Positions 11,765 through 20,496 of a stretch of DNA of 64,000 nt are shown one piece after another (position 1 is the stretch's first letter; every line of letters starts with the position of its first letter). The DNA comes from Squalus acanthias. Its lineage: Eukaryota. The notes under the pieces were generated by a model. It ran no database searches. It was not told where the DNA came from and worked only from the letters and a program-made list of their open reading frames with translations. Made by a program: the position numbers and the translations under genes. Where the stretch lies: assembly GCA_030390025.1 (NCBI GenBank), contig CM059431.1, forward strand, positions 159,342,001 to 159,406,000, given 5' to 3'.

Positions 11765-14603
11765 ATACTGATGAAATGGCAAGAGGGGGGTGGCAGAGGT
11801 ATCCTCGGATCGGATCTCCTAGCGGAACACGGGATCCTCGTGGACCTTAGGAATCACTGTCTCTGGGGAGCCAAGGGTGGAAAAGGCAAGGTAGTTGTAA
11901 TCCCAGGGAAGGAAGGAAAAGGGGCCCTGTGTACCATGAAGCCATCCGGAGGTTACGACTTTGGGCTTATGATCGCGGATGTCCCAACGGACATGCAAAC
12001 GTACGTGTCAGATAATATGCATGCGTTTGCAACCCACAAGTACGATTGTGGGAGGGTTATCGGGTTTGAGGTCAGCATAGCCGGGGATCCCATGACCCGG
12101 CCCCAAAGCAGTATAACTTCCCCAAAGAAGCAGAACCCGACATTGAGACAGCAATGTCCTCATTAGGGCAGCAGGGCATGTTGAGGCCGATAGCCACACA
12201 CGTGAACTCCCCATTATGGCCGGTAAGGAAGCCGGATAATTCGTGGAGGGCCACGGCGGACTACAGAGTCCTTAACAGTAACATCCCCGCCTGCGCTACC
12301 ACAGTAGCAGCAGTTGCTGACCTAATAGGGAGTATCCCAGCGTCCGCGATCACGTTCACGGTGCTGGATATTTCGAACGGTTTTTGGTCCATCTCGCTGC
12401 GGCGAGAGGACAAGTACAAGTTTGCCTTTACTTTCAAAGGACAACAGTAAACGTGGAACTGTTTGCCACAGGGATTCCACAACAGCCCCAGTATTTTCCA
12501 TCAGTGTATGGAAAGAAGTTTAAAGGTGTTTAGTCAGCCCAATCAGATAGTGCAGTACGTGGATGATTTGCTCCTGTTCACGGACTCAAGGGAGGAGCAT
12601 GGACCAATGCTCGCCGAGTTATAGGAGCTGCTAGGGAGAAAGGGTTTTAAAGTTAACCCTAAGAAAGCACGTATCGGTCAGCAGAAAGTAAAATTCCTGG
12701 TCTGATCATTCGCGCTGGGGAAAGAGCCATAGATAAGGTTAGGAGGGAGTCGGTGCAGGAGTTACCGATTCCCAACACCATAACGGGTGTGAGGTCCTTT
12801 CTGGGACTGACCGGTTACTGTAGAGACTTCATCGAGGACTATGCAGCCACAGCAACTCCGCTGCTCCGAAACCTCCATAAGGGAGTGGAGTGGTCTTGGG
12901 ACGAGGGTTCTCAGGCAGCGTTCGAGAAGTTAAAAAGGGATCTGCAGACCGCGCCAGCTTTAGGGGTGATAGATGGGGGGGAGGAGTTTTTCCTGGAGGT
13001 AGCTGCCAGCGGAGACAGCTTGAGCGCCGTGCTGCTCCAAGAGCGACCCGGCAAGCTGAGGCCGGTTGTCTATTCGTCCAGGGTGTTAACGGATGTGGAA
13101 AGGAGTTTTTGCAACTGCGAAAGGCATCTTTTAGCCACGCATTGGGCTGTGAAAAGATCAGCGATCTTCACAGGGCTCTCTCCCATCACTCTCCTCATCC
13201 ATCACACGCCAACCAAGATGCTTCTGGATGGGAGGAATCAGGATGGGACCGTAAGCAGCGCTCGTATTGCGCGCTTGACCCTTCTCCTTTCCCAGATGGA
13301 TCTTAGAGTGAGAGGTCTTTGCGAGCCCAGGCTCGCGGCCAACTTGGTATACCCCGGAACAGCCCACCAGTGTTCGGTGGAAGGGGTGTGGGAGGTCAAC
13401 ATAGGTTTGCGGGCCGGGATACATCCCACAGGTCGCGAGATTTATGTTGATGGTTCAAACACAGTGTCTGCTGGCGAACGATTTACAGGGTGTGGAGTTT
13501 ATGACCCTGCGGCAAACCTTGCCTTGGCAATTAAACTCCCCAGCACGATGAGCGAGCAGCAGGCTTAGCTGTCTGCGGTGGCGTACGTCGTTACCCACAC
13601 AGAAATCTTCCCTACCCCATACACGATTTGTTCGGACAGTATGTTTACGTGCATTTCGTGTATGGAATACCTGGCCATTTGGTCCCGCCGTGGCTACACC
13701 TCCGCAGACGGGCGGCCTTTAACGGTGAAGCCCTTGCTGGAAAAGATCCCAGCAGCAGTCGGGGAGGAAGGGGAGATTTTCATCCACAAGGTGAAGGCTC
13801 ACTCCTCCACAGAACCCCGCGGGGAGGGCAACCAGCAGGCGGATGCGCTAGCCAGGGAAGGTGCCCGTAACTGCATTTTCTGGGACACCTATGGACCCGG
13901 ACCCTTGGCAACGATCCAAGGCAGGGAAGGGAATCCCGGGAACACCAGGGTAGCACTGCCCCTAGACCTTAAGACCGTCCAGAACCAGGAACCCGCCCTA
14001 AAAGCAATTCTCAGAACGATTACTGAGGGCAAGTCGGTAGAGGGCCCGTACAGTACGGCAACCCTGTCCGTTAAAGAAGGCATGCTTTTCCGCGAGGAAT
14101 AGTGGATTGTGCTGCAGCAGCACAGGAGGGAATTCCTCCAGTTGGCTCATGAGGGGCCGGGGCAGGACACCCCGGGCCTGAGGTTACCTGGCAACGGGTA
14201 GAGCAGGCGGGATGGTGGCCGGGACTCAGGGAGCAGGTCCGCGAGTTCTGTGCAAGCTGTCTTGTGTGCGCTGCAAACAACCCAGACCCCCAGAAAAGGA
14301 AAGTGCTATTGGGGCACATCAGGAGGGTGGAGGGACCATGGCAGTCGATACAGTTCGATTACATAGGGCCCCTGCCCTACACCCAGGGAGGCTACAAATA
14401 CTGCCTCGTCCTGGTGGATGTGCTTTCCAATTGGGTAGAAGCCCTTCCCTGTAGAACAGCTACGGCGCTGGGTACTGCCAAGATCTTGGTCCGGGAAGTG
14501 TTCTCGCGGTGGGGACTCCCCCGTTTCGTGGAGTCAGACCAAGGGAGTCATTTCACCGGACAGGTGATGCAGAGCACCCTCACTCTTTTGGGCATTGAAG
14601 GGA

Positions 14604-14684
14604 AGCCATGATCTTATTGAATGGCGGAGCAGGCTCGAGGGGCCGATTGGCCTACTCCTGCTCCTATTTCTTATGTTCTTATGT
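14604..14684 (+). mobile_element. ~80-bp CR1 3'-end fragment inserted in the integrase core
   Basis: agccatgatcttattgaatggcggagcaggctcg...cctactcctgctcctatttcttatgttcttatgt matches the CR1 3' tails elsewhere (e.g. ~28826-28908). Confidence 0.88.
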
Positions 14685-16142
14685 AGCGCACAATCCCCAG
14701 TCATCAGAGATTGTTCAACGCATGAACCGGACCCTCAAGGAAAAACTGAGGAAAGAGACTATGAACTCGCCCCAAAAATGGGCGGAGGTTCTGCCTCTAG
14801 TCCTCATGGGGATTCGGGCCAGCCAGTCGAAGAGTACGGGGTATTGCCCGTACGAGGTGATGACTGGGAGGATCATGCGAACCCCCACCCATTTACTAGA
14901 CCCGGTGCTCACTGAGGATCAGCTCCAAGAGGTGAAACGGGACAAGTTTGTCCAGACCCTCTTGGAGCACCTGAAGCAGGATTACGAGCAGGCGGCTGGG
15001 AACATGGGAAGACAGCAACAGGGCAATCGCCTGTTGCTGGAACCCCGTAAGAAGCAGGAGTGGGAAGTCGGAAATCAGGTCATGTTTAGGAACTATGCCA
15101 GAGTAGGGAGTTTGGAACCGCTGTATATGGGACCCTACAGTATTGTAGATAAGGCGAGTCCCATGGTGTACGCAATAAAGGTATCCCGGCGCACGAAATG
15201 GTTCCACATTAACCAGTGCAAGTTGTATAAACCGGGTGCACAGGGGCCAACCACAGGGGCCAAACCTGCGAGTGGGGACTCTCAGCCCCGTGTAGAACCG
15301 CAGGGCACACAGGCCGGTAAAGCAGCCTGCTTGAGGGGAGAGGACATTCTGGAAAAGTGTCGGATCTTTTCTTGATGTTGGGATTCAGATGAGGAAGAGC
15401 TCGGAGAGCTCGACCAAGGTAGTGACCCAGTCGGAGAGGTGGTGGGTTCGGAGGACGGAGGTTCCGCCCTCGACCCAAGCATAGGGGAGATACGGATTGC
15501 GAGTGGAGTTCCACTTACTGGAGAGACAAGTAGGGTGGATTCGGAAACTGCAGATCCCGAGCCCAGGGGGGCGGAGCCAGGGTAGACAGATGCGGCGGCT
15601 GTGGTAGGACCACAGGCCGTGACGGTGGAAGTCTCGGTTCCCGGTCCGTCGGTCCTGGAAATCTTGCCCAAGGTAGCCCTCCGCAGGTCGAGTCGGACAC
15701 CCCAGCCCAGGAAGCTGTGGTCAAATCCCTCGTACACCTGCAGGCGTAAGTTCAAGGCAGCCCAGGGAGATCCCAGTCCCAGCGCAGCGGCGACAGGCTG
15801 CGGCAGATCAAAGGAAGGGGTCAGTGACGCCCAGCCACTGGGAAAAGCTCGTGGCAGCCTTCGCAGAATTTAGGTAGGCCGCCCTGGGAACGGGCGGCGC
15901 TGTACAGTTAAGTTTAGGTTAAGTCGAAGTTTATAGTGTTTTAAGTTTGTTAAGATTGTAGTTTAATTTTATAAGTAAATGTTGAAATGATGGGAGTTAG
16001 TGATAGGATTAGTTAAGGTCTATCCAGTATACATGTCTTTGTACGTGAGACGAGGTCAAGTGACCCGCTCACCCTTCACAAAAGCCAGAGACTCTTGGGA
16101 GGCTGGCAACATCATTTTATCTGATCACAGGAACCAGGAGAT

Positions 16143-18480
16143 ATGGAAAGGATTCTGATAGTGCTTGCAACGATCGGATATGGATTTACCTATCGTGGCC
16201 TCACCAAGGATGTCGTTGTGTTCGGTTGCACCGGGGACACGGCCCCCATCGCGACGGATGGGACCGGGGAGCGAAAGGCTGAGGAAACCGCCACTTATTT
16301 CCACAAGGGAAGGTGGCCGGGATGGCTGGGAACGAATTCGACGGAATACTCCAGCGCATCAGGGTTTGCGTACAAAAAGACTTCTTTACTGTGTCCCAGG
16401 GTGAGGATCGTTGCACCCAGAATCAGTGTCACCGTCGGCAAAAGGATTTGTTTGACGTGCAATGGGAAGGTCCCATTGAGCCGATGGTGGTGGTTACGGA
16501 AGTTAAGCAAGACTATGAGAAATTCCTCGGTCGAGTGGGAGCGATTGGGTAACAATACCCATCGGACAATTACAGGGACTAACGGACAATTGAAAGTCTG
16601 TTGGGACAAATGGTGGGAACCAGATGAGGGAATATATGTTTGTATGTGGGGATCGAAGTACGTTTGCCCCAAGGGTATATCCATATTTTTGCTACAACAG
16701 TGGCAGGATGACGGGAAAGGGATGAGGTGGGATGTCAGCACCAATGGGTTTGGAGCTCCATTCTCCCTGATCCCGGTAAACGCCATTGAACTCATCACGC
16801 GCCCATGCAAGTCTCCGCCCACGATTCCGGTGGCATTGGCTCAGGAGGATGGGTGCCCTAAAACCACTAAGGGGCCCGGGAATGGTCTGGTACTGGTGCC
16901 AACAGATCAGATACTATATCAAGGGGTACATTACGCGGTGGCTTCGGTGATTCTAAATCTCACCGAGGTGCATTTACCAGAGTGGTGTCCCAAAGAAATG
17001 GAACAATTGTACCAGGTCCTGTTAACAAACATGTTCAGGTAATTTTATGAGTTTGATTTTGCAGAGGTTGACAAAACAAGCTTATACACCACACCACACG
17101 AAGTTTTGGGTCAGGTGGGGAGACAAAGAAGGGGTTTTGTGAACGATGTGTTCACTGCTTTTAATACGGGAACATCTGTGGTCAACGCTCTAGACAATGT
17201 GGAGCTGCAGACCCAGATCAACGGTTTAAAATCATCCTCACAAACGAGAACAAGGTAGTAGGGTCTGAGTTACATGAGGACCAGCCCATGACACTAAACT
17301 TAAAAGAGATTATAGCAGAGCTGGAGAAGCATGCGAGAACGGTAAATGCCCTGATCAGGGAAGATCGAAATGCATCCGATCAAGCTGCGCAGAACGAGCT
17401 TTGCGTACTATACGGGGCGTGGTTACTGGGCGAGGGCCGCAGTAATTTGGAGGATTTAAAACAAGGTTTGGTCCCGTCCTGGATAAGTAACAAACACCTG
17501 CAAGCGCTCCACCCTTTTCAGAACGCATTAAGCCCGTGCCATCTCAGGCTAGCCTCAGAGGCATACCCAGTCCCAGTGGACTGCGGACGGTCAAATCACA
17601 CTATCATGGGGATAGTAGTACGGATGCCGGTGTTGGGAGACACAGCAAAGCCCGCCCCGGTGTACCGGGTGGAGAACATTGGTATCATTCAGGGGGGAGT
17701 CCACATTCGCTAAGCAGCGGTCCCACCTTACCTCATCCGCTGGGAGCAAACGATGACAGGTACCGACCTTTCGGGTTGTCGTGGCCGGGGAGCACACATC
17801 ATACTGTGTCCACAGCACTTGAATGCCTTTTTAACACCACAATGAGGGTTCAGAACGGCTGGCGCGAAGCCCATCAATTACACCATTGAAGGAATGACAC
17901 AAGATCATGTGCCGCCACAGGTGGCATACATAGGGGGTGGAACGTATTGCGTTACCACTGCAGCGCAACACTACCAGCATAGACAGCACAGCCGGTGTCC
18001 GGTGAGTGTCAGCAGTTTCTGTTTTAAACCCAGGGCTGAAGTTCAAGTGGCACAACAGCGAATTATCCCGATCCCTGAACCATCCACTTTTCACCTCACT
18101 GTAAAATAGAATTACACAGACTTGCAGCGAATCGTCGCGCATTTCGGATACATCATTCCCCCTCTCCCTGAACACCTCACCAAGATTTTAAAAGCCGTCA
18201 TGGTATCACAGAAACATTTTTACACCCTGGAACAAAAGACTGTAGAGATTGGGCAGAGATATTAGATTTAGTAATCCCACCGTGGTGGGATCTGTTCACT
18301 AATATTGAAGTCCCATCATGGATCAGGATAGCCTCCCACATTTTGGTAGTGTGTCAAGTCGTAATTGTAGTGTACCTAATGGTCGTACACTGCAAAAGAG
18401 GCAAACGCCTCACGAGTCAGGAGAACACAGAGGAGTGGAGAGAACATTATGTGCACGTGAACGAGGAAAGCACCGCGTAA
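16143..18480 (+). pseudogene. env: env: signal peptide, Ig-like domain, furin site RQRR, fusion peptide/heptad, Cys-rich F1-like ectodomain, TM and short tail; disrupted
   Basis: MERILIVLATIGYG signal follows a splice-acceptor-like ...ctgatcacag (16130). RQRR|GFVNDVFTAFNTGTSVVNALDNVELQTQINGLK starts at 17121. TM IASHILVVCQVVIVVYLMVVHC at ~18328-18393. Tail YVHV, stop TAA at 18478-18480. Confidence 0.88.
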
Positions 18481-18618
18481 ACGGCCAGGATGACGCCGCT
18501 CCATTTTACCATGTGTGTTTTTGTAATTGTTGTTAGTTATGAATATGTGTAACTAAGTTCGGAACTTTTGTATTTTTAAAATAGTTGGTGTGATAATTTT
18601 TTCCTTTTATAATAAAAC

Positions 18619-19011
18619 ATGCATATACAGGTGGTGCGAGAGGCATCGGACTTTTGCACCTGGAAGGCGTATACGCAGTGTAAGTTTAAAGGCAATACTG
18701 CCTACGATTTGTCCAAGATAGAACTTGTGTTTTCTCTGGGAAATGAGGACTGCATGGAAGCCATAGATAGTTTAAGAACCGGGAGTGTTTGGATGTGGAG
18801 AATCGGGATAATTGTGCTCACCACCTTTTTAATTGTTATGATAAGCGGAGTTATTCGCATCAACAGGAGGGACTGTAAAGTTTCGCAATTATCACGATTC
18901 AAAATAACAAGAGAGAAGCAGATTCGTTTGATCAGCTTTATTAAACGAAATGCTGTCCTGATAATAAAGAACACAGAAGCCTGTAAAATGGCCGCCGCGC
19001 ATCGTGGCTGA
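18619..19011 (+). CDS. Putative accessory ORF with one TM helix, crossing the PPT into U3 of the 3' LTR
   Basis: 130-aa ORF. Hydrophobic IGIIVLTTFLIVMISGVI is followed by basic RINRRDCK. A pyrimidine tract and CAG|G acceptor lie at 18630. The same frame is open further in the 5' LTR copy (6432-6647). Confidence 0.5.
   Translation: MHIQVVREASDFCTWKAYTQCKFKGNTAYDLSKIELVFSLGNEDCMEAIDSLRTGSVWMWRIGIIVLTTFLIVMISGVIRINRRDCKVSQLSRFKITREKQIRLISFIKRNAVLIIKNTEACKMAAAHRG
18862..18873 (+). promoter_or_regulatory. Polypurine tract (short, imperfect)
   Basis: AACAGGAGGGAC immediately precedes the TG of the 3' LTR. Confidence 0.7.
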
Positions 19012-20496
19012 AGCTTCCAGAAATACAGTGCGCAGACAAGATGGCGTTGAATAAACATTCAGTATAAGATTGGATCATGCTCGGTAAACACTGATAAAGA
19101 CAGAATGCAACCCGTTTGCATTTGGAACAATAGCAAAGATATAAGTGCTGGAATCGTTTTCCTATGCACAGTAAGGACCATTGTACTGGGCAATTGAATG
19201 CCCATCCAGACACATCAATACACAAATACTCCCACGGCTCTACAATGAGAGTAAAATTGACGGGTGATTAAGTCAGTATTCGGGGAGGCCCCAAAACCAG
19301 TCAGGGAGACTCCTGGCTGGGTCAACAATGGGGAAAACATTAACGGATAGTTGGCCAGTTTCAGGTTCTACCGAAACCCGTTAAAGAGAAGAATCGCCCC
19401 ATGCTGGGAGTTTTGTGCACCAATATTACACAAAGGACAAACATTAAGATTTGAGCGGGAGATAAGGGGACACAGCACTATAACTATAGATAACAATTGT
19501 CCATCGCTCTCTTTTTTTCTCTTATCTCTCGGCGGACCCTTGCTGAAGCTCTTCCTTGGAACTGGACTTTTGTGTTTCTCTGGACTTTGTTGACTCTTGA
19601 CTCTTAGCCGTACTGGTCGGTTATTCGAATTTTGGGTGGAGCTCAATCGGAACGAGACGCCCCAACAAGGGCAAGTAACGGGGTACACCATCCCGAGTGT
19701 CGGTAAACGGTGTCTGTACCCGGAGGCCCGAAGAGACGAGACGAGAAGAAGACGAGAAGAATCCACGTGCCGCCACGGTCAGTAAACCCCGACCGCGCCC
19801 GAAAATATAAATAAAAAACTCTTCTTTGAGTTCTACCGACTACAACCTGTATCGAGCACAGGAAGACTCATCTTTGAATTTTACAAACGTTCCGAGTTCT
19901 GCCGAGTTCCTCATGACAACAGAGAGTCTGGCCTGCTTTTCGCAGCAGCGAAAGTAAACAAGTGGGGTGCAGAAGCCCTTCCAAACACGTGACAGTCAGG
20001 CGCTGCAGCGAAACGAGCTGAGTGCCTCACTTTAAAAATCTCCGAAGTAACACGAGTGGTGAGCATGTTTTCCGATCCTACAAATCTAGACGTAGTGTAG
20101 GTATTGTTAAGGGAGGTAGGTTTTTAATAAGGTTAAGGTATAATGTCTTCGCGTTTTTAGGATGTGCCATGTGTTCATCATTTCCATAGACCAAGCTTTA
20201 TGAATGTATGTATACTTTTACTCTCGTTGATTTGCGCCTATGACATGTACTTCATGAATTTGGATGCTATGCAATAAAGATTTCCATTTCGTACTATTCA
20301 TCCGGGTTTATTTGAGTTTTCTCTCCATTACTGCTCCCTGCACCTAAGTCCAGTGTTAGAACAGTAAGGGCGAGTGGGTCGAACCACTCGCAACTGCTTA
20401 TTGCAAAAAGGCTGGCCGGAGACCAGAGAAAACAATAGTATTAGGCAACGAAGGCCTAACCTCGCACCAGCACCGTCTGAGACACGCCCCCTTACA
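18874..20496 (+). repeat. 3' LTR (1623 bp)
   Basis: Copy of the 5' LTR, preceded by the purine-rich AACAGGAGGGAC and followed by the ATTC TSD. Confidence 0.96.

Larger units (their letters stand above)
9801..15873 (+). pseudogene. pol: pro-pol: aspartic protease, RT, tether (degenerate RNase H), RNase H, integrase with long C-terminal tail; stops, frameshifts and two CR1 insertions
   Basis: LLDTGAS (~9904-9924) and ILGSDLL (~11800) flank a CR1 insertion. RT motifs: NSPLWPVRKPD, LDISNGFW, LPQGFHNSP, YVDD (12556-12567). RNase H: YVDGS...SDS...KVKAH...GNQQADALA. IN: H..H..CASCLVC, FDYIGPLP, SDQGSHFT, GPY. Confidence 0.93.
6378..20496 (+). mobile_element. Full-length endogenous retrovirus (LTR-gag-pro-pol-env-accessory ORF-LTR), lokiretrovirus-like, decayed
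   Basis: Paired ~1.62-kb direct repeats starting TGTAAAG and ending CCCCTTACA. ATTC at 6374-6377 is repeated at 20497-20500 (4-bp TSD). Removing the element restores a continuous CR1 sequence (...tgtggtagagaattccacaggttcacc...). Gag, PR, RT, RNase H, IN and Env motifs occur in retroviral order. Confidence 0.95.

Noticed and set aside
14608..14684. Novel N-terminal extension (MILLNGGAGSRG...) on an integrase ORF
   Set aside because: It is the translation of an inserted CR1 3' tail.
17030..17045. CAG|GTAATT in env as the donor for the accessory exon
   Set aside because: It is phase 2, whereas the acceptor at 18631 is phase 0. The TAA is more simply a nonsense mutation, since the frame continues to RQRR.
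6378..20496. Ordinary Ty3/Gypsy or Gmr1 retrotransposon
   Set aside because: A second retroviral-type RNase H, an env with furin site and TM, and late domains argue against it. IN follows RT/RH, unlike Gmr1. Phylogeny is still needed for final placement.
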